A DNA stretch of 60,211 nt, filler included, from Sphacelaria rigidula (Eukaryota), in NCBI GenBank assembly GCA_964200075.2. It is 10 parts of 10 records of this genome, joined end to end, with 100 filler letters (N's around TTAATTAATTAA, not from the genome) between each part and the next. Parts side by side here need not be neighbours in the genome. Positions count along the whole stretch, not along the records: positions 30,157 to 36,087 come from CAXNAA020023393.1; positions 36,188 to 42,118 come from CAXNAA020023394.1; positions 42,219 to 48,149 come from CAXNAA020023395.1; positions 48,250 to 54,180 come from CAXNAA020023396.1; 6 more parts are not named here. One strand, written 5' to 3'. Below, one piece after another: positions 35,553 through 50,460 of the stretch. Position numbers and translations under genes: made by a program. Within the stretch, counting starts at the first letter, position 1. Every line of letters starts with the position of its first letter. The notes below the pieces were generated by a model. That model made no database searches. It was not told the origin of the DNA and saw nothing but the letters and a program-made list of their open reading frames with translations.

Positions 35553-37727
35553 GCTAGCTGGATGTTATCCTAGTTTTGGAATGGAAATTATAATTATGGA
35601 GAGTCGCTACCCACTGGTGCAATTGTCTTGACGGGCAGTTGGTGAAGAGCTCCTGTAGTTGTATGTTGAGCTGTAGCTCAAGGTGGTTCATCGTGTCTCG
35701 TAGAAAGTAGTACAGGTGGGACTGAACGGAGATGTGGAGAGATGTATATATTCATGGTCGTCACGAGCAGGTGGAAACACGTGCCCTTGCGAACAGAATC
35801 ACCACCATCATCATCATACTGCTGTGGCGCATCTATTTAGCCAAATAACTTGAGAAAGGGATTAGAATTACTCCTCCGAGAGGACTGTGATGACCATCAT
35901 CATAAATGAGTACGCCCCCCCCCCCCTCCCCCCCCTCCCCGTCGGCGCTTCGCGCATGGTAATTGAGTGCGAGCGGCGAAAGCCCGGCGTGCTCCGTCCC
36001 GGTTTTGTAGGGATGCAAGGTCAATGGTCTTATGACTACGGCATGCATGATCATGAGTACAAACCACCACTCCCACCCCCCCCCCCCNNNNNNNNNNNNN
36101 NNNNNNNNNNNNNNNNNNNNNNNNNNNNNNNTTAATTAATTAANNNNNNNNNNNNNNNNNNNNNNNNNNNNNNNNNNNNNNNNNNNNATCAACTTGGGGG
36201 GAGGGAGGGGGGGGAGAGGGGGGGGGGGGCGTACTTATTTGTTGCTTGCCTTGGTCGCTTGGCCATTGACCACGCATCCCTTTCGAGACGGAGCACGGAG
36301 AGGGAGGCGGGCGTTAGGAGGAATCGGGTAGAAAGGCTGGTGTTTTCCAGCGGAGATCGTACGAGCAGACTCTGGAGATTAACTTTATGCATGCAGGGAG
36401 TGCACAACGTTGACTGAACACCATCACCCCCCCCAAAAAAAAACAAAAAACAAAACAACTCCTCAGTCCCCCCTGAATGGTAAGGGTTAGGTGTGAGAGT
36501 AGTGGAACGAACGAACCAGCGTTTGGAGCTAAACTCCCCCACCTGCCCCCCCAAACCACCATATGTTAGCTTGAGAGGCCCTGGTATCCTTTGTCGACTC
36601 GTGGAGCCCCTTGATTTAGGCGACATTTTACCTTCCGCGCCCTTCTCGCAAAGGGTGCATATTGTATTATGGTGGACGTGCAGATTTGTGAAGGGGGGGC
36701 GTCTCCCCCCTAAACATTTTCACACCGATAATGCGGAACTTTTTCCGTGACGCGAAGATCGAGATCCCTGCTTGATTTGGGTTCTTAGCAAAGCTCTGAA
36801 CCTGCGTGATTTGTATTAACCATAAGAGCGAAGATTTATCAACACATTGGCCGTGATCGCGGGTCGTACTTATAGCTGAAACAACGCCTTGTCTGTAGGG
36901 GAAACTTTGCTCTCAAAGTTTTGCACCTGCGCCCTGTACGTGAGACGTTTTCGTGAAGAAGCAGTCAATCACCCCGAATACCTGCGGAGACCGAACACCC
37001 GTGTCACACTCGCTGTACAATGACATTGTACCGTACAATTCAATATCGTCAAATTGGAGTATATTTTCCTAAAACCATATCCGACGAGGAACAGTTATTC
37101 GGATTAATTGTTCGAAAACCCATGAACGATTGAGTAATGCCGCGGATCCCCCCATACACACACATGCCAGCCCTAAACCTGTCACAAAGAAATGGCCATA
37201 CGGGGTATGACAGCTGGTTCAGACAGCGTGAAGCGCCTCATATGGGCGACATTGGCGGAAACGATGCCATATATGGGAGTTTCCAGCTGCTCGGTGTGCT
37301 CGGCTTTTGTCATGTCGCTTCACACCTAGACTTTTCCTCTTCAAATTGACATTTTATTTGGGGGGGGGAAGCCGTAGTCCTAAGACCATTGATGTCGCAT
37401 CCCTACGAGGCGGGACGGATCATGCAGGGTTTCCGCCGGACCAGGCTCGCAATCAATCACCAAGCGCGAAGCGGCGGGTCGCATGAAGCGTGAGCTGCAT
37501 CCTACCAAGATTGTTCGGCCCGAAGCGTACTGATGATCTTGCATTTGGATGACAGCCTTCAATAAATCGCTTCATTTTCTGGTATCGCCGCTTCTAGAGA
37601 CAGCCACGTGCTACACACCGCCTCATGGGTGTCTCACCAGGAGGGTCACCTGGACGGGAGGGGGAGGGCGTTCTCATTTGTTGCTTGCCTTGGTCGTTTG
37701 ACCATTGACCACGCATCCCGTTCGAGA

Positions 37728-39160
37728 CTAAGCACCGTCCTTACTCCTAATAGAGATGACTCTAACATGTAGGCGCTCATTACGTTTCTTCCATACATTG
37801 CACAAAAACCTTTTACATATCTTATCCCCGCCCTGTGTCGCCGTCTGTCGCCACCATCTATCTCCTAGGATAATCATCGTTTTCTCCCTACTTTCTAATG
37901 CATCAAACGATTTCATGCCATCTTCGTTCACATCCCGCATTTCCCCCTATAGCACGTCCCGTTCCTTCTTGTATAGTTCATACTCTGCAACTAAATGGGT
38001 TCTGCTCTCTATTGCTTCACCACAGGGGCAGTTCTGTCCATCTACTTTCTCCTCCACTCGACTACTGGTATGTCTCTTTCTTCTTTCTGGCAGGTTCATG
38101 TTCCCCACCCGAGATCGCAGTTTCAGAGTTTTCGCCGCGTCCATCGGGCCATGCAGATATGTTTTCATCCCGATCCCCTCTCTCAACCCCCCGTATATCA
38201 TCAGGATTTCTCCCTCGTCTACCTTGCGTCTGAGCATGTCTTCCCCCTTATTTCTATCATGTCTCTGACTTTTGTCTTGTACCCTGCGCCTTCACCTGTG
38301 GACAGTATTTCGTCTTGGTTTCCTCCTATCTTCTTACATTCTTTCTCGACTTCTCTATCCCACCTTATTCCAGTCTTCCCTTTCGTACTGTTCTTTCATA
38401 CAGCCCTATCAACTATAGCTGGGAATCTCTTTCTCTGCATGCTCTTTACGATACTTTGCAACCTCAATTTTTTAATGTCTCTGTTTGTTTTAAGTCAGGA
38501 GATTCCCAACTCTGCTCTCAACGTTGTATTACGCGTCATTTTCGAGCATTCAAGTATTTTCTTAGCTGCTGCCATCTGTACTGTTTCCAACTTCTTCACC
38601 AACTTCACGTTCCCCTCCCATACTTCTCCTGCATATTCCAGCGTTGGTACGATCACGTTCATCAGGATACATATCTTAATCCTAGTATCTAGGTGCGAGT
38701 CTCCGAGGATCACCTCCATCCTTCCTATCTGTGCCTTACCCTTTTCTACTACTTAATTTATGTGTGCATCCCAAGAACAGTTTCTTTAGATCTCTACACC
38801 AAGGTATGTACACTGGTCTACGATCGGCAGTGTCTCTTCTTCCCACTTCCACTTGAACTCTACCGGATGTTTATATCTTTGTTACAGACGAGTACCGCGC
38901 ATTTGCTGACGTTCGCTGTCACTGTCCATTTCCTAGTTTATTCTAGAGCCCACTCTATTTGTTTTGCAATCCTTCTGCCGTTCCTGAAATCCCCACAAAA
39001 TCATCTGCGAACATCAAACCTGACGCGAAGTATCACATCTTCACCCACCTTGACTTATGGTTTGCTGCTTCTATCGCTAATATCAGGTCAATAATAGATA
39101 CCTAGAATAAAGTGGGCGATAGCGTACATCCTCGTGCAACTCCTTGTAAAATATCAAAAT
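37728..39160 (-). mobile_element. 5'-truncated LINE (RT C-terminal half plus zinc-knuckle region)
   Basis: FDILQGVARGCTLSPTLF, ADDF, IVPTLEYAGEVW, LETVQMAAAKKIL, CPCGEAIESRTHLVAE; same family as 6057-6560. Confidence 0.9.
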
Positions 39161-42100
39161 TTGTTCTGAGGGGCGCGCGGGGGGGGGGGGGACTATCGTG
39201 GCAAAAGTGAGTTCTGAGATCGTTTTACAAACAATGCGCGTACTTACTGGACCTACCGACTGTGGATCATGACAAGAACATTTTGTGCGTTGCGCACAAT
39301 ATTAAAATGAGCCTGTCTCACGTCGTGCACTGCATACACGAGCTCTTGGCCACAGGCGACAGGCACGACCAAACAAGTACCCACCAACCTGAACTCGAAA
39401 GATTCGAACGACCGGCCGGAATAATTGATACTCAGGACGTTAGCTTGAAGCACTGCAAGGTTCGAGCGTTTCATTTTCGAGCGAAATGCTATGATACTAT
39501 TTATAAGACACACACAGAACCAAGTACCATCCTTTCCTTGCAATTTCACCGCTGTTGGGCTCTGTCTGTCTCTCTGTCTCTCTCCAAGCCCCCTTGTCTC
39601 ATGTCGGATCGATCATTTTTCCGCGTCCTTCGCAGACCCACAATATATCGGATAGGAGCATCGATTTCGGGTTAATCCCGCGGCATCTTCTAGAGGGAAC
39701 CGTTCCGCCACCTGAGGGGAAACGCGCCTCCAGCCTGGACTATTTCCCGCCATGCGAGAAGCCTTCCCCCGTGGCTCCAATCCGGATGGGACACCAATTT
39801 CGGTAAACGCAATGCACAGATAAAAAAAACACTGGGGAGGTGGAAGTGCGTACCTGACGTACGTACCAGGGGATTCTTCCACTCCGGCCCCCGACATATA
39901 CACCGGTTGGATATTTGTGGGTGTAGCCGACCCCCCATCACGCCGATTCTACTGGGAAAAGAAGTCCGTGTTATGATGAGGGGTATGACAAAAGGGTCAA
40001 AAACCAAAGTCCTGAAATTTCCGACTTTTTTCGAGAAAAATATGAAGAAAAAAAATAATCCAAAGAATATGAGAGAAGATTTCTCAACCATGTCAGGCAA
40101 TAGATCAATGAGTACTGTACAAAATGTTTCCGAAACCCTTGAGTCGGAATTTTTTCCCAGCATATTTATTTTGGAAAAATCGGAAATATATTTTATACAT
40201 ACATGTATATATATCATTTTTCGGATGAAAAAAAAACGCTGATTTTTTCCCCCTCGTTAATAAGAACCCTTAGCCTGTGCGTGCTAAAAACGGCATCCAC
40301 GAACGTACCTTGGTGCATGTGGGGGGGTACGGCAATTCCACGTACTTGTTGAAGATTTTGTGCGTGTGTCGCACATCTTCAGCGTCCGCGGACTGTACGA
40401 GACTGAATCGTCTATCACCCAGCCGACAGCCACTCTCTGTATGCATCACTCTGAGTAGGGACGAATGCCGTAGGTTCTCATTTGGTCGCAAATCTCCATG
40501 GGTTCAGGTTGTTCCACGGAGCCCCTGTGGAAGATGACCCCGACACGTTCCTGTTCTTTTGTGCTGAAAACATCCTTGATTTTCTGTCGGGTTTGCGCTG
40601 TTTTGTTCTTCCCCTGAGGGCTGTTTCCAATGTCCTTGTTCGGTCTGTAACGTGGGCTGTTCTGAAGCCGGTGAGAACGGCGCGTCCACTCTATCCCATG
40701 CAGTCACTCACTCACCGTGGGCATTTATGTAGGCATATATGCCTGAACGAAGATACATACGCTTGCCTCAATCCCGGCTCTCCAAATTCCATGCTGACAC
40801 ATGCTTCGCTGCTTGTCACACCCTGAGGCTGACGCTAGCCCCAATGCCGACCCAAGGCGTGCTGGGAATCTTCGGACAGGGGGGATGCAAAGGATGCGTT
40901 AGCAGAGCTGAGTAAAAATGCAACCTGGTTACGCTGGCGAGACCTAGAACTGTCAGCCCCCCCCCAGAAGATCCGAATGCGATAGTCTGCCCTGACGAGG
41001 TTTTGGTCGACCACGGATTCCGACGACGGATTAGGGTTAAAAAAATGGCAGTGGTCGGACGAGTGTGTTTGCCGTTCGGGTAGACTTTTCCCTTTGCGTG
41101 CTGCTTCGCGAAGCGGCTCTCACTAAAAGAATGATCCGGCCCTGCCGCAGGACTGTTGGACTTCGCGCTTGCCAAAGCGTTTGTGTGGCTCAAAGCGTTT
41201 GTATTGCTAGAATAAATTACGACGGTTTTTTGTGTCAACGCGCCAACGATCGTCGAACGTGCCCGTCAGATTGATCAAGACGCCCCCCGCTGACCGGCTG
41301 GAAGCATACAAGAGAGGCAAGAAGCTTCGAGACGCTCCCGTGCGCATCATTAGGTGTGTGCGTGTGTTGAGTGATCGATTAATTTTTTGATTGAGTAGGT
41401 AGATAAATAGCTCGCTCGACTGATTGACTGACTGAAGCAACCCCCAAGGGAACTATTCACGGTCATTATCCACGAGATATACGTACCCAAGGTAAACAAA
41501 CAAGGGGATTCTTTGCGAAAATGAATTGAGAGAGACAAAAATAAAAGGTAAAGAAAAATATACTGAGCAACCGGAGTGAACTAACTGGGCGAGAGCAAGG
41601 GACAAAACGATAAAGAGAGAGGGAACGAAAAAAGAACACGAAAGTAGCAGAGAATAAAAACCAAAATCCGGTCCCCATGAAAAGGTACGGTATGGTTTTG
41701 TGGTCGTGTGTCCGTGTGTATGTTTGCGTGTGCGTCTGTGCTCTTGTTATACACATACTGTGCGCTGAGCGCTTGGTAAAGCATCCTCGAACAAGGCAAC
41801 GCTTTCTACTGGAATTTACATCCCACTGATACCCTCCCCAGTCGTGCTACGATAGGGAAGGGCGTTTGATTCCACGAAAAAATGGGCTCATGAATGCTTC
41901 AGGACCCAACACACTCGCGGTGCGCTTGTATTTGGGTGAAAGCGGTGACAAGCGGTATAAGTGAGCGTTGTTTATCGGAAGCAAGCGCATTTGAACAACC
42001 GTTGCTACTATTAACGACGATTTCAAGCAGAATTTCGTGGAAGGAAACGGCCGAAAGTACCCCCCCCCCCCCTTCCTAGGCTGGCCCCCCCCTTGAGGAG

Positions 42101-43812
42101 AAAAATGAAAAAACACAANNNNNNNNNNNNNNNNNNNNNNNNNNNNNNNNNNNNNNNNNNNNTTAATTAATTAANNNNNNNNNNNNNNNNNNNNNNNNNN
42201 NNNNNNNNNNNNNNNNNNATACTTGTGCTAATTGTTTGAATATTCTCTGCTGCTTCGTTTTTGCGATATGTGAGTACAAGGGTTAAGTGGGGTTGGTGTT
42301 GTGGGTGACGCCCGCAACTACTGCCACTTTTCGTGTTCTTGACTGCTGATGTTGAGAAGGACTGTGAATGTGGGGTGGAACGTAGTGGGCGTGTGCTTCC
42401 CGATTGCAACAGCTACACAATACAAGCACACAACACTACATCAGTGCAGTCGCTGGAGCAACTGCATTTCCGCGACACCGACCACTCGCAGGCTTGTGAA
42501 TATGTACTCATGTTAGAGCTCATTCCATATGATCGAGATCGTCATTCGGAGATGACGTCTGTACCTGTGATTGATACGATTGGCTCGATTACGGGTCATT
42601 TTTCTGCAGTGGGTAGTGGTCCGTCCATTTTACAGATATATAGTGCCCAAAATCGAGCCCATTCACCCCCATAACTGTCCGTCTTAATATTGTCATTATC
42701 CAACCTCGTCCGGGTGACCGTCACACTTCTACCGTGGGTGGGTCGGGTTTTTCCAGCCCCCACCTGATCGTCATACCCGCGGCCGATGGATGCTACTAAT
42801 AAAACCAACAACAGGAACAAATAGGTGGGCCACGTACTCTGATTGAGCGATTCTAGTTGATTTGCCCGACTGACCCTGACACTTTAACTCATCCCCTAGG
42901 TAGTCATGACCCAGCCGTGGTCATTATCCACATGATGGACGTGTCCGAGACGAAGCAAAACTGAAACACTCGCTGAAGAAAAGTGAAGGAAACAGTAAAA
43001 GTAGAACAGACAAAACAGAGTAGACGAAGACAAGAAAAGAACAGAAAATAAAAAGAGAAAAGAACAATCATGAAGACAAGAGAAAATATCTAGAGAGAAA
43101 ATGGCCGGCTTCTGGCACATGGCTCAGATAGAAAACGTCTTGCGTAGAAACCACACTCATATGCAATCGTACATAACTAAAAGTCATCGAAACAGATTGC
43201 GTCTCATCTGTGAAACCAGAAGACTATGAAAATATACATATATACATATATATATATATATATGTAGATACATATGCTTCAGGATCAACTGAAAGATTTG
43301 CTAACTTATTCAAACATGAATTTGGTTAGGTATCGTATTAAATAGTATGTCCATACACTTGAGAAAAACAATACAAGAGACAAAACATGGCACGCCCGGA
43401 AAATGCCGTATAGGAAAATAAAGTGAAGACGGGGGATGTTCCTTATTTTTTGACATTATCTAAGGGCAATGATGCAATAAAGAATAGAGGGAAAGTCCGT
43501 CGGATAGTGATCGAACCTGCTGTAACTCATCCTCACAGCAGCAACAACCATCATAACCTCAATGACTATAGTATTAATACAATCGATTGTCCATTTCGGA
43601 ACAGAATCCCAAGCTCTCCAATTGAGAGTAATCATGGGTCGCCGGAAGCAGTTTCTTTTCTCTACTGCATAATAGTGCATAGCGATCCCGGACGAAGGGG
43701 CACAGGTGGGGCGAAAAACGGAAAAACTTCGACTGCATCCTCGGGCGGTTACCGGAGAACAACCATCTTATATCACATTGCGCACTTTTCCGCTGCCGGT
43801 TGGAAAATAATC

Positions 43813-43948
43813 AAATACGATCCAGCTGGAGAATAACCACAAACGATCCGGCTAAAGAATAACCACAAACGATCCGGCTAAATAATAACCAAATACGATC
43901 CCGCTGGAGAATGACTAAATACGATCCGGCTGGAGAATCACCAAAATA
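43813..43948. repeat. Minisatellite, ~5 copies of a 26-bp unit
   Basis: aaatacgatccggctggagaataacc variants, head-to-tail, with no spacers. Confidence 0.9.
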
Positions 43949-46900
43949 CTTCCTCTGCTATGGGGCCGATGATCGTAGCAGTAAGAGGGTGCAGGTGTCG
44001 ATACCGTAGCTGAGCTCGTTAGGGAGGCAAAAAGAAGACGAGGCTGGTGAGAAGAAAAAGGGAAGTTGATACACATTCTTCCAGACAACTTCCGGTGAAA
44101 CAAGACTCGACTTGTGGCCGATTTTGGCCTTTTCAAAACCACTTTCGGCTCAGCTTGGATGTTTTCGCGCGTGTCATAGTAAGCAAGAGATGATTACCCA
44201 ACCAAGTGCGTTCCGGCAGTGCGTAGACAGCACACTTTCAAGCAAAAAAATTAAATCAAGAACGTTTGCCGCGCTTTGTGCAGTTTGGTGCAGTTATCCC
44301 AGGCCTTCTACTTTCTTTCATTTTGACCGTTCGGCTGCCGGAAGTAAGTGGCAGCCTTTTGAAAAAAATGAATTTTAAAAGTGGGTCCCAGCTATGCGAA
44401 CCCAACATGACTTATGGTTCTATGTTGAGCTAGACCTACGGGTCTTGTCCATAGGAAACTTCCAGCCGCGAGGAAGGTTCCTCGGGTGTCGGCTATACCG
44501 CCTTAGGAGACTTGTCGAACTGTCTATGTGTGCCTTGGGAGCCATGGAGCAATGTGTACGCTCCAAGCTCTAAGCCAACGCACACGATGCCATTAAGCTC
44601 ACATTCTGTGAGATTGACTGTACACCACACCACACCACACCACGACAAAGTGGGTCAGGTTGATTTCTTCCATATTTTTACTGGTTTAGGGCGTTTTAGT
44701 ATGGAAACGACCATTTCTTTCACGAGAACGCCCGAACCTCTCCCGAAAAAAATAGGTTGAGGGACCCTTTTTTTTATTCAGCATAACTCTGTGGTTCTTT
44801 ATCCTGAGTTTCAGATGACACTTCTGAAAATCGAGCTAAAACGTTGAGGTAAGGCTCAAGAGCAGTGTTCATTTCTCCTCAAAACTGCCCCTAAATACGG
44901 GGGAAAAGCGTAAAAAAATCGAAAAAAAATGAAAAAGCTGTTTCTTTAAGCTTTATTATGCACCATTAGTTTGTTCTCCATACGAAATTTTGTAGCATAA
45001 CCCTCCAAAACTGAGACGCGATATCCAAATTTAGTGCATCTAGTGCCTCTGCTCGTATAATATATTGATTTGAGTATGGAAACCTATGTGCGCCATATCT
45101 CGAGATAGATGACGAATTAGGTAAAGGTGAGGATATCTATCGTCTCCCCGTGCTCCAGGGAATGTCCACACCAAAAATCGTCATCAGCTGAATGCATCGA
45201 TCGGGGTTTCATATAGATTCTAGCGTGGAAGCTATCTCCGTTAGGTATAGGAACTACTAGACAAGGGATTTTGATTAACGGGCAAATATTGGCCCAGACT
45301 TTTAAGTAGATGGGCACCTTCCTCTTAATTAGACCATTCATACGATACGCGGATCATGTCCCAATTCGTTTGTGTCGATGACATATTGCTTTGAGAGCTT
45401 AAATCCGTTTCTAGGTTGGCCTAGCTCGTATATATATGCGCATACCCAGGGGCTACCAGAGCTGTGAGAAGTTCGTACCCCCCCCCCCTCTCCTACTACT
45501 TGGGAGTAGGAACGGTGCTCCATCTCTAAAGGTGCGTGATCGATAGTCAAAATGACTGAAGTAAGCAAAAAATGAGTACCCTCCCTCACCTCCCCCCCAA
45601 AAAAAACAAATCATGTATATGAGACCAGGGCGCCGCCTGGATTGGGACAAATCCCTGATAAGCTAGAAACAGTGGTGAAAATAACATGTTTCAGCCTAGG
45701 CTAAAGTGTGATGGCGCGCATTTTGCCCGAAAAAACGGCAAAGATGGCGGGAGGGTATAGCCCCTGGCGAAAAATCTTGGAGACAGAACCCTCGCTCTGA
45801 CTGACCTCTACAACCGCCTCTGACGAGCGAGCGCGAGCTTGGCTCTCCCGCTGTTTCTTGCTGGGAACTCCGGTCAAGCCTTCCCACTTTCCGCCTCTCC
45901 CTCCCCCACCGCGTCCTTTAGCTTCTTGATTTCGCCAACACTCTTCCCTGCTTTCCGTTGTCATAATCATGTGTTTTTTGCGGTTGAAACGTGTGGACGG
46001 AGGGGGGGGTGAACAAGCGGTGATACACAAATTCTTGAGATGCAGGTGTTCTCGCACTACAGCATGTATAAACAGGACTCGTAGATGATGAATACCGTCA
46101 ATCCATGAACTCATGGATTCGTGTCCTACGGTTAAGACCAAAATGAACAGAACTCGTAGGCGAAAAGTACGGTGTATATAACCCAGGACAGAGGGTATGT
46201 AGGCTGTAGCTTCTCTCTCCATATATATTTGTGTGTGTGTGTCGTGTACGGAGCGCGTGGGAATACCACGAGCAGTTACGTTGGCAGGCCTTGCAGACGC
46301 AAGGCTTAGGACACAAGACGAAGTGACAGAAGGTGGGTGCTGGGTGACAACGTCCAGAGTGAAGAGCATCACCATGGCCCGGACTGGGGTTAGAGAATGA
46401 CATTCCCGGGGTTGACAGGTCAGGGACGACGGGTTCGGGTTCACGGACTCACATCAATAGTGGGTTGGGTTTAAAGAGGTAGAAATCACACACGCGGTTA
46501 ACACGTCGACGTCCTGTGAGCGCCAGGGAGGGTCAGCCATGCGGGTCTCTACAGTCACATTCCGAGAAAAAATGACAGATTACAGAGATGACCTACCCCT
46601 AGCAGCTGAAGGGTGGACCGCGGAATAGAGTTCATCTGAGTCCATGCGTATACGGTTATCCCTACAGTCAAGATCCCTCGCTGTAGTAAAGCGCTCGATA
46701 AGTCAACGGGGTTGATCTTCCAATAGACAGGAGGGGGGGTATCTAGATATTTACACCACTTTTCTTCAAGAAAAAACAAATAATTGTTGCCAATTCAATA
46801 CATTCATTAGTCATTCGCCCTGACGTAATCGAAGAGTTGAATATGTTTGGGGACTTTCTTTTCTTTTATTCTCCCGTTTTTTTCGCTCGAGTCGAGGTAT

Positions 46901-49609
46901 ATCTAGTATGTGGTGTGTGTAGCGTGTACAACATCGTGTGTTTTGTGTCGAATCTCGGAAATGAGAACTAACATTTATTCACCCCGCTCCCCGCCTTTCA
47001 CCCCCCGCTATCATTCTTCCAGTAGGGGGGTCGATTTTCCGGGAATGCATTAAATATACCGTTTTTTTTCTCTGGGGAGAGCCTCAATTTTCCGTTGTTG
47101 TAAATACGTGGCAGCATGGCTTGCAAAAATGCTACGTTCGTTTTGCAGCGACGTCAACGCGGAGAGGGGATCTTGGCTGATGAAACCTGCGACATATTTT
47201 ACACCAAAACGTCAGGCGAATATTAGATGTACAGTATACCCCGAGAGGGAGAGAGGGGGGGGGGGCAGGGATGGCTTAATTGATTTATACCTTCGAGGTT
47301 GCTACGGACTCGTCTCGAGCGACGAACGGGACGGGTTGAAAGTAGGACGACGACGAGAAAAAAAAATGCTTCTGTACAGCTTTCGGCTGCGCTGTTTCCA
47401 CAGATGGCTTAACCTTCGAGCGCTGCTTGTGCCTACCTGTCAGATCATCTACATCATCATTATGTTTCCTTGTCACTTTCTATTTTTCTAGTTTCAACCC
47501 TTCCTTTTCTTCGGTGAGAGCAACCCGCAACCTCAACAAATCAACACGCTCATATCTACCCCCGGTAGATAAACACGCGCAAGCCTAACTGACATAAACC
47601 CTTTTGGAACCGTTCATGGACAAGTGACGGTTTACAAAGTCCCATGTGACCTTTCGTCACCGGGAAAAGCGTCACTTCGAGTTTGGTGCACGAATCTGGC
47701 ACATTCGTCTACTTGAACTTAGAGTGGTGCACCGTTTTGATGGGCTACATCATCAACACTTGCAGGACAACAACAAGAATATCTTGTCCCCAAGAAAACG
47801 TCAGCTCTAAATCGTCACTTTTCGATCAACGATTCCAAAGAGGGACAATTTCAAGGTTGTGTCTGTATTAATAGGGTATACCCGGAAGTGGAGGATTTTC
47901 GGTTGGTGTACAAAACCATACCGGAATGTGTACCGAACATGCCGCTACCTGGATATTACTTCTTGTTAGAGTACAGATCTCGGATCATGAGCTAGATCAT
48001 TTCAAGGGTAGGACAAATAATGATTTGTCTCGATATTAATTGGCTTTACTATGACTGATTCGAATCGTACGAATCAATCCCCAGGCTCTGTTTTCAGCGT
48101 TGCAACCCAGGTACACGCAGCCCAGACACGTGGAATGGCGCAAAAGTTGNNNNNNNNNNNNNNNNNNNNNNNNNNNNNNNNNNNNNNNNNNNNTTAATTA
48201 ATTAANNNNNNNNNNNNNNNNNNNNNNNNNNNNNNNNNNNNNNNNNNNNGAGGAGGGGGCTAGTTCGTATACGACAGCTTGGATCGAAGCACGTCAAGCT
48301 ACGGAGTTCTTTGCTGTACTTCCTCTAGAGCTCCCCCACTGCCGACCGAGGGCCTCTAAAAAGTAACCTGCAGTCCATTCGAGCAGTACACTCGCTGCTG
48401 CTTTTCTCCGAACAGCTGTGGTAGTCGTATATGAGGGTGCCTGGGATTGTTTTTGTTTTTTTGTTGTTTGAGCTGAACCCCTCACATGGTGGCCATACTA
48501 CTCTCCGTGTGTCACCTGTCTTTTCCAGTTTTGTCCTTTATTTTATTCTCTCTTCCTTTCTTTCGGTGTACTTTTGACAGATCTGGCGGTCGTTGTTTGT
48601 TTGTTCGTTTGTTTTTCTTTATTTCTTTTCTCTCCCCGGTGAACTCGGGGGAACTACTTCTCACCGGTTTTCGTGGCGTCGCTCTTCTTAATTTTTCTTT
48701 ATTTTGGTAATGTGTCTGGCAAGAAATAGCAAGGACGGTATTGGAAAGGCGAGCCTACGTCTGTGACCACGGGTTCGCGAGATCGGACTAATGTGTGGAA
48801 ATAATAATAATAATAATAAATTCACAAGTTGTGGATGGATTCTTCTGAGATCGGCCCATGATTCTGTTAGCCGTCGTCGTGAAGAATATTGGCCCCCGCA
48901 TTCCTACGAAGCCGGGACGGGGCACGCCGGGCTTCCGCCGTATCAGGCTCGCAATCAATCAGCAAGCGCGATGCGACGTGATGTGTTCGGCGAGCCGCGT
49001 GAGGGGTGACGTGTATATCCTGTAACATTTGTTCGGCTCGAAGCGTACTCATAACCTTGTATGGGGATGGCAGCCTCGGATGAGCTGCTTCGTGTTCTGG
49101 TATCGCCAGTTCCAGAGACAGCCACGGGTTATACTGCCTTATGGGTGTCTCACGATGTAAGCAAGTGCGATCGTCCCCTTTGCGGTAAGTGCAGGTCCTC
49201 CACCCCGCACAATATAATCCAACTCGACCACCATCATGGCTACCACGCAAAAAGCGCAAGCGAGAAAACCCCGGTGACGAGGTTGCGCAGCTCACGAAAT
49301 AAGTGGCGTGTTCCGCAGCGTGGTCGCCAAACCCATGCCAACCCTTCAAGGGGAAATGAAAAACGGCGGAGATGAAAGTACGACGAAAACCCTGTGTTTT
49401 TTTTTTACATTTTGCTGATCAAAATACTTGGGCCAATGAACAACGCGCCAGAGCTAGATGGTGCCGCGTCTGTTCCGTCCAAGCACGTGCTGAATACTGC
49501 GACCTGAAACCGTATTATCTCTCCCGTCCTTTTGTTATTTCCTTGCTCCTCCTTTGCGCATGCGTGCTGTCTTTGAACGCCACGAAGTCATGCTGTCGGG
49601 TTTGGACAG

Positions 49610-49711
49610 CTGGAAGCGCTCTCGGATGCTGTGGATCGTGGTCTGTACGGCGAAGTCGATGTCGACCAGAAGTTGCTCATCAAGGCACTGGACGTACTTC
49701 GTAAAACAGAG
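49610..49711 (+). CDS. Exon of an unknown coiled-coil protein gene
   Basis: gacag|CTG...GAG|gtgtgt, 34 codons: LEALSDAVDRGLYGEVDVDQKLLIKALDVLRKTE. Confidence 0.6.
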
Positions 49712-49999
49712 GTGTGTTTTCACACCTTTACACAGAAAACAAGAAGCAATTGTAAAAGAAACAAAAATGCCTGATGAACATCATTCAGACATTGTACCTC
49801 CGCTCATCGTCCGCATTTTGACACAGCCTTCACGTGTCGGCTATATTACAGTATGAATAGTAAGGCCACCAAGTTAAGGCCTATTGTATCATTATCCACC
49901 AGCCAACTTTGCGGCGAAGATCTTGTGCATGTGTACGATAGCAATTCAATTCAGTGAACGCTTTGAATTAGACCAGACGGATGGTGCGCATGCAATGTC

Positions 50000-50460
50000 T
50001 GATTTGATTGATTGATTGATTGTCCCACTTTAACTGATTCCTCATGGCTCCAGCCGCGGTCACATGATAGACGTGCTGAACCACTCGCCGAAAAAAACAG
50101 TAGAAAGAAAAACAAGAAGGGTGGAACAAACACAGTATACTAGGAAAACATGAGAAAAAAAGGTGAAAACAAGTATAAGTGGTCGGCCTCTGCCACATAG
50201 CTTCGGTCGGTGGAAAAGATCTTGCGCAGAAACCACAGTCATACTCAATCGTAGGAACCTAAAGGCCGTGGGAGAAGATTTAGGCTCATCTACTACGATC
50301 TCCTCATGTTGGATTTGATGTTTGTTTCGCAGGGTTCGTCGCATACCTAGATTTGGATGACGACGATGTATATATACCAAGGAAGACCTCGTATCCACAA
50401 TCCACAATAGGCGTAGCCACGGAACCCCGTTTCTCTCGGAAAGCATCTAGGCCTTCGCTC
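50000..50460 (-). mobile_element. RTE-like LINE 3' end (decayed ORF tail, 3' UTR, (AATC)n)
   Basis: Degenerate LDAFR..GS ORF tail followed by a pyrimidine-rich UTR and cagttaaagtgggacaatcaatcaatc; homologous to 42860-43230. Confidence 0.6.

Noticed and set aside
37527..37610. Hammerhead ribozyme core (CTGATGA) in the abundant repeat
   Set aside because: The motif is not conserved in other copies and there is no correctly spaced GAAA with stems.
39240..41340. Possible exons (e.g. 39241-39459 plus, 40309-40395 minus)
   Set aside because: Splice-like signals exist, but no consistent phase chain or recognisable product could be built.
43813..43948. CRISPR-like 26-bp repeat array
   Set aside because: Units are head-to-tail without unique spacers, there are no cas genes, and the context is eukaryotic.
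45701..46444. 247-aa minus-strand ORF
   Set aside because: Runs through microsatellite-like and G-run sequence with no domain motif; probably a chance ORF in intronic DNA.
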